Shown here in pieces: positions 38,148-48,190 of a DNA stretch of 55,450 nt. Source of the stretch: a virus (Duplodnaviria; Caudoviricetes); IMG/VR virus record IMGVR_UViG_3300025108_000062, positions 1-55,450 of that record; one strand, written 5' to 3'. The notes below the pieces were generated by a model. It saw only the letters and a list, made by a program, of their open reading frames with translations, was not told where the DNA came from and did no database searches. The stretch's first letter is position 1; every line of letters starts with the position of its first letter. Position numbers and translations under genes: made by a program.

Positions 38148-38201
38148 TATTTACAATGGTTAGTTTTTATGGTAGAATATATCCATAACAAACAGAAAAC
38201 T

Positions 38202-39089
38202 ATGATTATTGTTGACTACTCAGGAATTGCAATTGCGGCTATTTTTTCTCAAGATAGACCGGAAGAAATTGAAGAAAGCCTTATTAGGCACATGATTCTA
38301 AATCGTATTAGAATGTATAATACTAAGTTCCGTGAAAAATACGGAGAAATGGTAATTGCTTGTGACAGCTCGTCCTGGCGTAAAGAAACATATCCGCAAT
38401 ACAAAGCTAAGCGCAAGACCAGCAGGGATGAATCACCATTAGATTGGGGCCATTTCTTTACGCTAATTAATAGTATACGAGACGAAATCAAAGAACACAC
38501 ACATTATCCTGTGGTTCAAGCAGATCGAGCAGAAGCTGATGATGTCATCGCAGCACTGGTTGAATCAACACAGGAGTTTGGCAAATCAGAGCCTGTTATG
38601 ATTGTGTCTTCTGATAAAGATTTCTTTCAACTTCAACGCTATTCTAACGTTAAGCAGTTTAGCCCAATGAAACGTGATTTCGCTAATGTAGATGATGCTG
38701 CATTTTATAAATTCGATCATGTGTGTCGAGGTGACAGCAGTGATGGTGTTCCAAATGTTTTAAGCGTAGACGATAGTTTTACAGAAGGAATTCGTCAAAA
38801 ACCTATGCGAGCCAAAAAAATTCAAGAGTGGTATACTGCTAAAAATGATTCTGAACTAATGGACATGATGGGCCAAGAAACATACCGCAATTATTGCCGC
38901 AATAAATCTGTTATCGATTTAGACTGTATTCCTGAAGATATTGTACAAGATATTAACGATAAATATAATCTACAGAGAAATAAAGATAAAGGAAAGGTTC
39001 TTCCTTACTTAATTGAAAAGCGTTGTAGTATGTTAGTCAGTTCTGTAGAAGACTTTTTCCCACCAAAATACGAATCAAGTTACATTTAA
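38202..39089 (+). CDS. rnh: RNase H / 5'-3' flap exonuclease
   Basis: IVDYS, WRK..YP.YKA.R, EADDVIA, SSDKDF.QL, GD.SDGVPN. Confidence 0.93.
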   Translation: MIIVDYSGIAIAAIFSQDRPEEIEESLIRHMILNRIRMYNTKFREKYGEMVIACDSSSWRKETYPQYKAKRKTSRDESPLDWGHFFTLINSIRDEIKEHTHYPVVQADRAEADDVIAALVESTQEFGKSEPVMIVSSDKDFFQLQRYSNVKQFSPMKRDFANVDDAAFYKFDHVCRGDSSDGVPNVLSVDDSFTEGIRQKPMRAKKIQEWYTAKNDSELMDMMGQETYRNYCRNKSVIDLDCIPEDIVQDINDKYNLQRNKDKGKVLPYLIEKRCSMLVSSVEDFFPPKYESSYI

Positions 39090-39093
39090 AATT

Positions 39094-39516
39094 ATGCAAA
39101 AATATATTTATGAGGTGTTTGAAGAAGTATGCAAACTAGAAAATCGAGATGATAGAATAGCATGCTTAAAGAAAAACGAATTCAAACAATTAAAAACTGT
39201 TCTTCAACTTTGTTATAACGACAATATTGAATTAGACTTACCTAAAGGTAGACCACCTTTTGAAGAATGTCCTGAAGGTAAGGAACCATCTTCTTTTAAC
39301 AGCGCATTTAGTTCAATACACATGTGTGTTGTTAAAAATAATGTTTTAAGAATAAAAAAGGAAAAAATCTTTATTGGCATTTTAGAACAATTGTGTAAAA
39401 ATGATGCACATATTCTTTGCGCAGCTAAAGATGGTACAATCACGACACTTGAAAACAAAAAATATTCGAAAATCACAAAAAGCTTAGTACAAGCTGCATT
39501 TCCTAATATTTTATAG
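39094..39516 (+). CDS. Conserved T4-like hypothetical protein
   Basis: LP.G.PPF, KE..FI..LE.L...DA, Y..ITK.LV..AFP. Confidence 0.7.
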   Translation: MQKYIYEVFEEVCKLENRDDRIACLKKNEFKQLKTVLQLCYNDNIELDLPKGRPPFEECPEGKEPSSFNSAFSSIHMCVVKNNVLRIKKEKIFIGILEQLCKNDAHILCAAKDGTITTLENKKYSKITKSLVQAAFPNIL

Positions 39517-39554
39517 TGTACAATATGCTCACATTGTGATAGAATACTTCTGTA

Positions 39555-40100
39555 ATGAATGTATTTGTTTTAGATAATGACCCTACCACCGCAGCTCAAC
39601 AGCACTGCGACAAGCATGTCGTAAAAATGATTATTGAGTCTGCTCAAATGCTATCAACTGCTCATCGCATGTGTGATGGAAAACCAGAACGTAGACCATC
39701 AAGTTCAGGTAAAACGATGCAACAGTATTATGTTTTACCTGACGAACGCGAAAATATTCTTTACAAAGCAGTTCACAAATATCACCCATGTACAGTATGG
39801 ACAATGGAAACCATTCAAAACTATCGGTGGCATTGGCAGTTATTCAACGCTCTTTGCGACGAGTATAAGTATAGATATGGCAGAGTTCATAAGACCGATG
39901 AAGTACTCCGCGATGAACTTTACTGGGGTCCGGCAAACATTGCTGATTCTAAAAAAACAAAATTTCCATTAGCTATGAAATCAAACCCCGAATGCATGTT
40001 CGATGATCCTGTCAAATCATATCGAGAATTTTACAAAACAAAACAAGACAGATTCAAAATGGTGTGGACAAACCGCGAAACACCAAACTGGTTTAAATAA
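39555..40100 (+). CDS. Pyrimidine-dimer DNA glycosylase (DenV-related) family protein
   Basis: MNVFVLD.DP..AAQ.HCDKHVVKMI.ESAQMLST, HPCT.W, EY..RYG..H. Confidence 0.75.
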   Translation: MNVFVLDNDPTTAAQQHCDKHVVKMIIESAQMLSTAHRMCDGKPERRPSSSGKTMQQYYVLPDERENILYKAVHKYHPCTVWTMETIQNYRWHWQLFNALCDEYKYRYGRVHKTDEVLRDELYWGPANIADSKKTKFPLAMKSNPECMFDDPVKSYREFYKTKQDRFKMVWTNRETPNWFK

Positions 40101-40102
40101 TT

Positions 40103-40357
40103 ATGACATACGAATATATTTGCGATAAATGCAAAAACCGATGGGACGAGTCTCATCCTATGAAAGATCGCGATCTCCCTGTAGGAAAAAAATCTCCGTG
40201 TTGCGAAGATGGAATTGTTAAAATGGCTATCACCGCTCCAGGTCTAAACTTTGATGGAGCCATTTCACCAATCCGAAGAGCAGGAACTGGATGGAATGAC
40301 GTCCTAAAAGGAATTAAAAAAGCATCAGGAAAAGACAATACAATCGATCACTACTAG
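40103..40357 (+). CDS. FmdB-type zinc-ribbon protein
   Basis: YEYICDKC ... PCC. Confidence 0.7.
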   Translation: MTYEYICDKCKNRWDESHPMKDRDLPVGKKSPCCEDGIVKMAITAPGLNFDGAISPIRRAGTGWNDVLKGIKKASGKDNTIDHY

Positions 40358-40358
40358 A

Positions 40359-40610
40359 ATGAAAATTACAACACAACAAACATTGCCAGTCGAAGTCACA
40401 CTTAACGACGATCAACAAAGAAACGTCACAGCTACCTTTTTAGAAAAGGTACTTAACTGGAATCGTGATTACTTTATTGAAGATAAGCTAGTAAAAAACA
40501 CTAAAACTTATTACACAAGCCATTCGTGGAAAAAAGTGGAAACTGTAAGAAAGGCCACAACTGAAGATAAATTCGCGTTTGATGTTTTCCAACAAATCTA
40601 CAATAGATAA
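40359..40610 (+). CDS. Hypothetical protein
   Basis: 83 aa in operon. Confidence 0.5.
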   Translation: MKITTQQTLPVEVTLNDDQQRNVTATFLEKVLNWNRDYFIEDKLVKNTKTYYTSHSWKKVETVRKATTEDKFAFDVFQQIYNR

Positions 40611-40613
40611 TCC

Positions 40614-41357
40614 GTGCCTAGAAAAAGTACTAAAAAGAACGATAATGTTATTGTTCCTCAGGTAGACATGCTATCTGAGTATTCAAATAATATGCGTGAT
40701 ATTAAACCTATCACTGATTCTCAAATCGAAGCTTATGAACAATGGGACAGAGGCAGAAACCTGATTTTGTCAGGAGCTGCTGGATCTGGTAAAACGTTTA
40801 TAGCATTATACCTAGCTCTTCAAGAGCTTATTAAAAATCGTAAAAAACGATTGGTCATATTAAGATCTGTTGTACCAACGCGTGATATTGGATTTTTGCC
40901 AGGAACACAGGAAGAAAAAGAAGCAGCATATTTGACACCTTATATTGGTGTTATTAGTGAGATCTTTAAAAACAATCCTACACTTTTTACATCGTTTCTT
41001 AAAAATGGAACAATTGAATTTCTCACAACATCTTACATTCGAGGAATAACTTTAAAGGACGCAATTGTAGTAGTTGACGAATTTCAGAATTGTAACTTTC
41101 ACGAATTAGATTCTATAATCACAAGGATTGGTAAAGGATCACGTGTGATTTTCTCTGGTGATTATTACCAATCGGATTTTACAAATAGAAAAGAAAAAGA
41201 AGGCATTGGTGAGTTTTTAAAAATTATTGAATCGCTAAAACACTTTAAAAAGATTGAATTTACTTGGAAAGATTGTGTGAGGTCAGGAATGGTCCGCGAC
41301 TATCTTATGACAAAAGAAAAAATGATTGAAGACAACGCAATCAACATCCCTAAATAA
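40614..41357 (+). CDS. phoH: PhoH-family ATPase
   Basis: GAAGSGKT, RS.VPTR.IGFLPG, RG.T, DEFQN, TRIG, GD..QSD. Confidence 0.93.
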   Translation: MPRKSTKKNDNVIVPQVDMLSEYSNNMRDIKPITDSQIEAYEQWDRGRNLILSGAAGSGKTFIALYLALQELIKNRKKRLVILRSVVPTRDIGFLPGTQEEKEAAYLTPYIGVISEIFKNNPTLFTSFLKNGTIEFLTTSYIRGITLKDAIVVVDEFQNCNFHELDSIITRIGKGSRVIFSGDYYQSDFTNRKEKEGIGEFLKIIESLKHFKKIEFTWKDCVRSGMVRDYLMTKEKMIEDNAINIPK

Positions 41358-42037
41358 TGAACAAGACATTTGAACATGCTGATATTCAGCTTAAATACGA
41401 AGAGCTCTCGGCTAAAACTGAAAAGAGCGGTCGTGTATATACTACACCAGGAGGCAACAAATATCCCTCAGTGACTACTGTATTAGGATATCGTGACCGG
41501 TGGAAATGGGCTAAATGGCGAAAGTCAATTGGTGAAAAAGAAGCGAATCGTATTACGCGCCATGCTACAACACGAGGAACTGCTGTTCACAATATTGCTG
41601 AACGCTACATTAATAACGAAGAAGATTTTATTCGAACTGATAACGACAAAATGCCTCATATCCAGTTTGGATGGAAAACCCTTAAAAATGTTATTGACGA
41701 CCGAATTGGTAAAGTGTATATGCAGGAATGCACGCTTTACTCTGACGATTTAAAGATTGCTGGACGTGTTGATTGTATCGCCGAATTTGATGGTGAACCA
41801 GCTATTATTGATTTTAAAACTTCTGGTAGAGTAAAAGCAGAAAAGGAAATTGGTACGTATTTTATGCAAGAGTGTGCTTATGCAATTATGTTCAAAGAAC
41901 ACACTGGTATCGACATTAAAAAACTAATTACTATTATGGTAGTAGACGGTGATCCTAAGCCAATTGTTTTTGAACAAGCTGTTGGCGATTGGGAAGATAA
42001 GTTGAGAAAAGAAATTGACTATTATTACAGCTGGTAA
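41357..42037 (+). CDS. PD-(D/E)XK exonuclease (Cas4/lambda-exo-like)
   Basis: YPSVTTVL, RGT.VH, AGRVD, IIDFKTS, YFMQ..AY. Confidence 0.85.
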   Translation: MNKTFEHADIQLKYEELSAKTEKSGRVYTTPGGNKYPSVTTVLGYRDRWKWAKWRKSIGEKEANRITRHATTRGTAVHNIAERYINNEEDFIRTDNDKMPHIQFGWKTLKNVIDDRIGKVYMQECTLYSDDLKIAGRVDCIAEFDGEPAIIDFKTSGRVKAEKEIGTYFMQECAYAIMFKEHTGIDIKKLITIMVVDGDPKPIVFEQAVGDWEDKLRKEIDYYYSW

Positions 42038-42043
42038 ATTGCT

Positions 42044-42613
42044 ATGATTATTTTGACGGATTGCGATGGTGTCCTTCTTTCATGGGTGCACTCGTTTGAA
42101 TGGTGGATGAAGCGGAAAGGTTATAAGCCTTGTGCTGTTTCATACGATGTATCAGAACAGTATGGTATTAGCAAAAAACACGCTGCAGATCTTGTAGAAG
42201 TGTTTTGCGAATCTGCTGCAATTGGATACTTGCCTCCTCTAAAAGATGCGATTAAATATGTGCGAAAGCTTCATGAGGAGCAAGGTGCAGTTTTCCACTG
42301 TATTACTTCGATTGGTGTTGACCCTTATGCAGTAAAACTCCGTGAACAAAATCTTAATAGAGTGTTTGGAGAAACTGTTTTTGAAAGAATCCATTGCCTA
42401 CCTTGTGGTGCAGACAAAACTGAAGCGCTTAAAAGGTATAAAGGATCTGATTTTGTATGGGTTGAAGATAAATTGGAAAACGCAAACCTAGGAGCTGACA
42501 TGGGTTTAAGGTCGTTTTTAATAAACCATCCATATAATCAAATGGGCGTTGTGCATGAGGATGTTACTAGAGTTAATAATTGGAAAGAAATATACGAGCA
42601 TATCGCGCAATGA
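42044..42613 (+). CDS. HAD-superfamily (deoxy)nucleotidase
   Basis: LTDCDGVL, ITS, K, WVED...N, VTRVNNWKEI. Confidence 0.8.
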   Translation: MIILTDCDGVLLSWVHSFEWWMKRKGYKPCAVSYDVSEQYGISKKHAADLVEVFCESAAIGYLPPLKDAIKYVRKLHEEQGAVFHCITSIGVDPYAVKLREQNLNRVFGETVFERIHCLPCGADKTEALKRYKGSDFVWVEDKLENANLGADMGLRSFLINHPYNQMGVVHEDVTRVNNWKEIYEHIAQ

Positions 42614-43374
42614 AAAAGGTAGCATTTTTAAACCTATCATACAACGCGTTTAACAGGAACGACATCTGGAAATCTTTCTTTGACCAGGGTAATCACAACT
42701 TGTATATACATCCTAAAGATGACTCTGAGTGTGTGTTCTCTAATTACTTTATTGATAATCGCGTAGAAACCGGATGGGGTCATTTCTCTTTAGTTGAAGC
42801 TACTATTGAATTAATGAAAGCAGCGCTTGAGGACAAAGACAATGAATACTTTACACTTATTAGTGATTCTCACCTTCCTTTATATTCTCTAGAGAAAGCA
42901 ACAAAGTTAATCAAAGAAAATTATAACAAGATGACGTTTAGCACTCATGGAGCGATATCAACAAAAGAGAAGAGCCAAAGAGTTTTAAAACACGGAGTTC
43001 AAGGAAATCATAATTTTAACTTGTATAACGCAGTGTGTCAATTCTTTGTTTGTAGAAGAAAGGATGCGATTCGTTTTATTGAAACCTTTGAGCACTATTC
43101 AAAGTTCTTTGTTAAGAACAAAGTTATTTTCGCCGATGAATTTTATTTTTGGGCAGTTGCAAGAGAGCTAAAGATGGATTTTGATATTGGTCAAGCATCA
43201 ACATACTCTGACTGGTGTGAATATCCAATTGAGGGGACAAATAGAATTCAAAGACAACCTCGCGAAGAATTTAGTCTAAATTCTTTAGTGCTGAAAGTAC
43301 TTAGAAAGCAGGGGTTTGTATTTACACGGAAAGTTATGCCAACTACTAAAATATCTGCAGACATTTTTAATTAA
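42610..43374 (+). CDS. GT14/Core-2/I-branching-like glycosyltransferase
   Basis: KVAFL, LYIH, V.T.WG..SLVEA...L...AL.D..N..F.LISDS.LPL, DEFYF, F.RK. Confidence 0.75.
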   Translation: MKKVAFLNLSYNAFNRNDIWKSFFDQGNHNLYIHPKDDSECVFSNYFIDNRVETGWGHFSLVEATIELMKAALEDKDNEYFTLISDSHLPLYSLEKATKLIKENYNKMTFSTHGAISTKEKSQRVLKHGVQGNHNFNLYNAVCQFFVCRRKDAIRFIETFEHYSKFFVKNKVIFADEFYFWAVARELKMDFDIGQASTYSDWCEYPIEGTNRIQRQPREEFSLNSLVLKVLRKQGFVFTRKVMPTTKISADIFN

Positions 43375-43416
43375 AAAAGTATTTACAATTCACAGAAAAT
43401 AGGTTAGAATAATAGC

Positions 43417-43614
43417 ATGACAGTTGAGGAATATAAAAAATCACTACAAATTACTGCTGAAATTTTGGAATTGGTGCATAACCATATTCCTCCAGGCAAA
43501 GACGATTCAGGATCAGTCAACAATCTTGATAATCTTATTAATGATTTAGTGCACCTGAGAGCTAATATTTTTGCTGAAGAAAACGAAAAAAACCAAGACA
43601 AATTTAATTTTTAA
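43417..43614 (+). CDS. Hypothetical early protein
   Basis: After promoter 43382-43410; shares N.LPP/HIPP.DD.G.V motif with ORF 53960. Confidence 0.55.
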   Translation: MTVEEYKKSLQITAEILELVHNHIPPGKDDSGSVNNLDNLINDLVHLRANIFAEENEKNQDKFNF

Positions 43615-43755
43615 AATTATGAAAAAAACAGAATTAGTGCGTTATCGTGTTTTCGATAAAGACGGTAGATATCACCAATCGTATCTCTATAAAGAAGATG
43701 CAAAATTTTGCGCAAAGCGAATTGGTGGTGTAATCAAAGAAGTAGAGGAAAATAA

Positions 43756-43998
43756 ATGATTTGTGGATGTGGTAGTCCTATTGAAAAGGCCAGGCGTGAG
43801 CTCAATTTAAAGCTGTGTAAGTCCTGCGCCTTTTCTCTTCCTGATCATGATCAGCCGAAGATAAAAGGGCGTATGGTTTATAGCCATAAAACTGGCGGAG
43901 AAATCGAAATTATGTCGAATGAATCATGGGACGAAAATAAAAAATATTTTATTCCTAATGGTCCTCGGAGTTCAGTTAAAAACTTTTCGAAAGGATAA
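43756..43998 (+). CDS. Zinc-finger protein, TraR/DksA C4-like
   Basis: C.CG..I...R......C..C. Confidence 0.5.
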   Translation: MICGCGSPIEKARRELNLKLCKSCAFSLPDHDQPKIKGRMVYSHKTGGEIEIMSNESWDENKKYFIPNGPRSSVKNFSKG

Positions 43999-44001
43999 TT
44001 T

Positions 44002-44649
44002 GTGCCTGACCCAAACATATTAAAAATTGAAAAACATAAAATTGCGTTTATGTTTGTGAATAAGGCCGGCAATTCTTCTGTAAAAAGAGTGATTGCAGAA
44101 AAGCTTTTAGGAAAAGGAAATGGAAAAGACGTTGTTTTATCATGGTCAGAACCTTTTCATGAAGATGTGGAATTTACTAATAGAATAAGTATACCACCCG
44201 ACTATCTTATCTTTGGCACCTGCCGTCATCCTGAAGATAGACTAATTAGTTGTTGGAAAGATAAAGTTCGCAATGGATTTAAACTACACGAAGGTTTATA
44301 CAAATCTTCTCGGAAATTTTACAAAGATATGCCATTTGCTGAATTTGTCAAAGAAATTTCTTTGATTAAATACAGATCTAAAATATGGGATCAACATATT
44401 AGACCGCAATGGCATGATTTAGACTTAACGCGCATTTCCTATCTAATCAGGGTTGAAAATTTTATTAGCGATTGGGAAAATGCTCGGGAAATGATAAAAA
44501 AACACTGCGGTGAAATATATCCAGAAATGATATTTCATGATCGAAACACTGGTTTATCTAAACCAAAAATAAGCAAAAAAACAAGATCTTTAATTGAAAA
44601 AATATACGCAAAAGATTATAGAATTTTAAACTATAAAAGCCGTGCCTGA
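44002..44649 (+). CDS. Carbohydrate sulfotransferase (Sulfotransfer_2-like)
   Basis: 5'-PSB KAGNSS; 3'-PB RHPEDRLIS.W.DK; DQHIRPQ; C-terminal Y.KDY. Confidence 0.8.
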   Translation: MPDPNILKIEKHKIAFMFVNKAGNSSVKRVIAEKLLGKGNGKDVVLSWSEPFHEDVEFTNRISIPPDYLIFGTCRHPEDRLISCWKDKVRNGFKLHEGLYKSSRKFYKDMPFAEFVKEISLIKYRSKIWDQHIRPQWHDLDLTRISYLIRVENFISDWENAREMIKKHCGEIYPEMIFHDRNTGLSKPKISKKTRSLIEKIYAKDYRILNYKSRA

Positions 44650-45274
44650 TCCAAATATCATAAAAATAGAAGAAGACAAAATTGGCTTTATGTTTGTATG
44701 TAAAGCTGGAAACACTTCTATTAAAGAAGTATTAAAAACACACTTCTGCAAAGATAGAATAATTAAAAATATACATACAAAAACAGCCTTACTACCTTAC
44801 GTCAAATACTGTAAAAAAGATACATTCACTGATGATTATTTAGTTTTTGGCACGTGCAGACATCCAGAAGATCGCTTAATAAGCTGCTGGAAAGATAAAA
44901 TTTTCAATAGATTTCATCCAGGATTCCGACACAAAGAATATAATTTTTATAGGAAAATGCCATTTTCAGATTTTGTTGAAGAAATCTTAAATATCGAAGA
45001 TGGCACTGATTGTGAGCAGCATATCCGCTCTCAACATTTTGACTTAGATGTTGAAAGAATTGATTATCTTATAAGGATGGAATCATTTTATGATGATTGG
45101 GAAAAGTCGCTTCTGCTGATAAAAAACCATTGCGGGAAGAATTACCCTAAAATGACATTTCATAAAAATAAGACAGAAAGTGTAGATTTAGAGATAAGTA
45201 AAGAAACAAGAGCTCTTGTTGAAAAGCGGTATGCTAGAGATTACGAGCTTTTAGGATATAAAAAAAGATCATGA
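44642..45274 (+). CDS. Carbohydrate sulfotransferase, tandem paralog
   Basis: KAGNTS; RHPEDRLISCWKDK; same MPDPNI start as the previous gene. Confidence 0.8.
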   Translation: MPDPNIIKIEEDKIGFMFVCKAGNTSIKEVLKTHFCKDRIIKNIHTKTALLPYVKYCKKDTFTDDYLVFGTCRHPEDRLISCWKDKIFNRFHPGFRHKEYNFYRKMPFSDFVEEILNIEDGTDCEQHIRSQHFDLDVERIDYLIRMESFYDDWEKSLLLIKNHCGKNYPKMTFHKNKTESVDLEISKETRALVEKRYARDYELLGYKKRS

Positions 45275-46113
45275 GAGTTTTAGTTAATGCAGTATTGTCA
45301 CACCAGCATAAAGCTATTGGCAATTTTCTTCTTGGATTTGATAAAGAAAAACACGAAATTCATAATTTCAATCCTTCATCTTTGCCAAATGGATCGTACG
45401 ATATTTGTATTTGTTGGGGTGTAGCGCAAATGGAAAAAGTTAAAAAATATGCTAAAATTAAAAATTTTATTATATTCGAAAATTCTTATCTCAACAATGT
45501 TCAAGGAAAAGCAAAAGAATGGGTTTCAGCCGGTTGGAATGGCCTTAATGGCAGAGCTAATTTTTGTAACAAAAATTCTCCAGATGATAGGTGGAAAAAA
45601 CACTTTAACGATGGTAGATTAAAGGAGTACACTGACGGCGATTATATTCTTATTCCTCTCCAGATTAACGGAGATCAATCTCTAAAATATCTCGATTGGG
45701 ACGTCAATTATCAAAGCATATGTGAGTCAATTAGAAAACACACAGATTTGCCGATTTTAATTAGGGATCACCCAACAAGACCAAACACACAACAAAAAAT
45801 AGAAGGAGTAAACGATGTTAAATACGCTGATTTCAAGTTGCCTATTCAAACTGCAATTAGTGGAGCAAAATGTGTTGTTACTATCAATAGTAATGCTGGA
45901 GTTGATTCTGCATTAGCTGGAAAACCAGTTATCTCCATTGATAAAGGTTCAATGGTGTGGAATATTTCAGATCATGATTTTACAAACATAAATAGCCCAA
46001 AGCAATATGATAGAACACAGTGGTGCAACGATATTGCTTATGCGCAATGGCATCCAGACGAACTCAGATCTGGAGAAGCTTGGAATCATTTAAAGAAAAT
46101 ATACGAAAAATAG
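45271..46113 (+). CDS. KpsS/KpsC-like capsule glycosyltransferase-fold protein
   Basis: ILIPLQ..GD.S, R.HP, VVTINSNAG.DS.L.GKPV. Confidence 0.7.
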   Translation: MRVLVNAVLSHQHKAIGNFLLGFDKEKHEIHNFNPSSLPNGSYDICICWGVAQMEKVKKYAKIKNFIIFENSYLNNVQGKAKEWVSAGWNGLNGRANFCNKNSPDDRWKKHFNDGRLKEYTDGDYILIPLQINGDQSLKYLDWDVNYQSICESIRKHTDLPILIRDHPTRPNTQQKIEGVNDVKYADFKLPIQTAISGAKCVVTINSNAGVDSALAGKPVISIDKGSMVWNISDHDFTNINSPKQYDRTQWCNDIAYAQWHPDELRSGEAWNHLKKIYEK

Positions 46114-46150
46114 TATTTACAAACCTCTAAAAATACAGTATAATAAACAC

Positions 46151-46378
46151 ATGAACAGCGGAATTGTAATAGATACACTTAAAAACGGTAACTTCGTGAT
46201 TTTAGATAAATACAACACCGAATCAGTTATTAGTGGTTACGCTGCTTTTAATTACTACAACCAAATGTCAGCAGGGGAAAATATTACATTTACTAGAGAG
46301 GCAATAGATGAAATCCAAACGGGAATTGAAAATGAGCTCGCTAGACAAGAGAAACTTAGTCAGGCATCCTATGCCTAA
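46151..46378 (+). CDS. Hypothetical protein
   Basis: After promoter 46116-46144. Confidence 0.5.
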   Translation: MNSGIVIDTLKNGNFVILDKYNTESVISGYAAFNYYNQMSAGENITFTREAIDEIQTGIENELARQEKLSQASYA

Positions 46379-46582
46379 GCCTACGATTCGCTTTGTCAAT
46401 AGAAAAAAGAAATTATCTAAATATGCATGCCGCAATAAAAAGAATCAAATATGAAATGTATTTTGCATTATATGTTTTTACTGTAATTCCAGCTTCATTG
46501 TTTTTAGCGTATTTTACTATTACAGTTGATATTTTTAAAAAGGCTCCTCACGAAATAGAAAAACATCTTAAAGATAAAATTT

Positions 46583-47026
46583 ATGGAAAATAAAATTTTA
46601 AAATGCGAATACGAAAATGAATGGAAAGGGTTCGAAATTATAGAACTCCCTGTTGATGATATTTGGCAATCAGTCCCTATTGCTGAAAAGGTTAATGGAC
46701 AAGAATTTTACAGCCGCGTAAAACAAGATATTCAGAAAGAAGGTATGCATTTCCCTATTATGTGTGTTCATAGTAACTATAACAAATTAGAAGAAGCAAA
46801 AGATCGATGGGGTAATAAAATTAACGAACTACCTTTTTGGCATAATGCTCTCGGTAAACATAAAAAAATGGTATGGAGTGTATGGGGAGGTTCTAACCGC
46901 CTTGCAATTGCAAAGGATTTAGGTTACACACACATTGATGTCGCGGTTATTCCTACAATTAAACAAGCTGTTTCTTTACAAAAACATATGAGAAAGCCGT
47001 ATAACTCAAGATATTACGGAAGATAA
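46583..47026 (+). CDS. ParB/Srx-like domain protein
   Basis: DI.KEG..FPI ... GGSNRL..AK.LG..HI. Confidence 0.5.
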   Translation: MENKILKCEYENEWKGFEIIELPVDDIWQSVPIAEKVNGQEFYSRVKQDIQKEGMHFPIMCVHSNYNKLEEAKDRWGNKINELPFWHNALGKHKKMVWSVWGGSNRLAIAKDLGYTHIDVAVIPTIKQAVSLQKHMRKPYNSRYYGR

Positions 47027-47036
47027 ATACTATATT

Positions 47037-47297
47037 ATGAGCGAACTATTTGACTTTGGATTTACCGCAGTAGACGAAACTGAACTTGCATCTTATCAAC
47101 AAGCAGAAGCTAAACTTGAGGATGCAGAAGAAGAGACCCTTGCGGTATCAGAAAAAATTGACAACCTTTATAACGCTATTCAACCTTTGCTGAATAATTT
47201 AAAATCTAACCCTGAAAAAGAATACATTCTATGGCCTAATCGCCTAGAAAAAGTAGAAGAATTTGAAAAATTTCTTTATGACATTTATAAGTCATAA
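47037..47297 (+). CDS. Conserved hypothetical protein
   Basis: FDFGFTAVDE.EL, PLL.NL..NPEKEYI.WPNR; GATAAATA upstream. Confidence 0.65.
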   Translation: MSELFDFGFTAVDETELASYQQAEAKLEDAEEETLAVSEKIDNLYNAIQPLLNNLKSNPEKEYILWPNRLEKVEEFEKFLYDIYKS

Positions 47298-47331
47298 AGC
47301 ATTGAAGAAAAAAAAAAATAAAATATATTAT

Positions 47332-48054
47332 ATGAAAAACAAAAAAACACTAAGTGTCATCGCCCTTATTACAGGAACTATTATTAGTCTTTGTGGATTA
47401 GCAAACGCTAGCTATAAAGTTCCTGTTCTTGGTTGGGATCTTCATCCATTGCAACCTGTTGATATCGCAGGAGAAGCGAGTTTTAAAGAAAAGAGAATTG
47501 ATCGAGGATTGTTCACACACACTGACGCTTTTAGCGCTGGAGGAAGTGGAGTTATTGGTTCAGCTTATGACACCCCAATCGTTGGAGGCGTTGAATTTAT
47601 TAAAGGTGAAAATGATGATCTATTTACAGGATATGTTGGAATCGCAGGAGACAATCTTTATGTTGGATTGAATCTTGGAACTAATGCAGCTGACGGTGAT
47701 ATCGCAGGAGATACCGATTTCAACTTAAACGTTGGATATGCGTATGATCCAAAATTCTTTGATGTTATCGTATCAACTGAAGTGAACTATATTTCCGGAG
47801 GAGCATTTGATTTATCATTGAGCGCATCCCGCGAACTTTTTTCAGCATTTGGAGTCTTTGTTAACGGATCAGTCGAAGTTGGTAAAACTTGGCAATACGC
47901 TGAAGATTACGAATGGGTGCAAGGTGCTATTTCCGCAGTATACGGTCTTCCAGGCGGAGGACAGGTGTTCGGAGAAGTAGCTTATGTAGATAACCAACTG
48001 CAAACTGACGGCTTTGATGCTGTTGTTCAAGCTGGTGTTAAATACACATTCTAA
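47332..48054 (+). CDS. Outer-membrane beta-barrel protein with signal peptide
   Basis: Signal ending ANA; alternating amphipathic strands; C-terminal beta-signal GVKYTF. Confidence 0.75.
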   Translation: MKNKKTLSVIALITGTIISLCGLANASYKVPVLGWDLHPLQPVDIAGEASFKEKRIDRGLFTHTDAFSAGGSGVIGSAYDTPIVGGVEFIKGENDDLFTGYVGIAGDNLYVGLNLGTNAADGDIAGDTDFNLNVGYAYDPKFFDVIVSTEVNYISGGAFDLSLSASRELFSAFGVFVNGSVEVGKTWQYAEDYEWVQGAISAVYGLPGGGQVFGEVAYVDNQLQTDGFDAVVQAGVKYTF

Positions 48055-48078
48055 TCAAAAAAAGTAACTAAATCTATC

Positions 48079-48105
48079 AAAGCTCTGCGAAAGCAGGGCT
48101 TTTTT
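48079..48105 (+). terminator. Rho-independent terminator
   Basis: AAAGCTCTGC-GAAA-GCAGGGCTTT followed by T run. Confidence 0.85.
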
Positions 48106-48109
48106 AGTA

Positions 48110-48184
48110 TGTTCATTTGAACACCAAAAAAGTGCAATTATTAGTAAAAAAAGTATTTACAAACCGCAAAAAATAGGTTAGAAT
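48110..48184 (+). promoter_or_regulatory. Early promoter with TGTTC-N4-GAACA palindrome
   Basis: TGTTCATTTGAACA 48110-48123; TTTACA 48156; TAGAAT 48179. Confidence 0.85.
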
Positions 48185-48190
48185 ATAGTC

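Noticed and set aside
41357-42037. Cas4 as part of a CRISPR system
   Set aside because: Common stand-alone exonuclease of T4-like phages; no Fe-S cysteine cluster, cas genes or array
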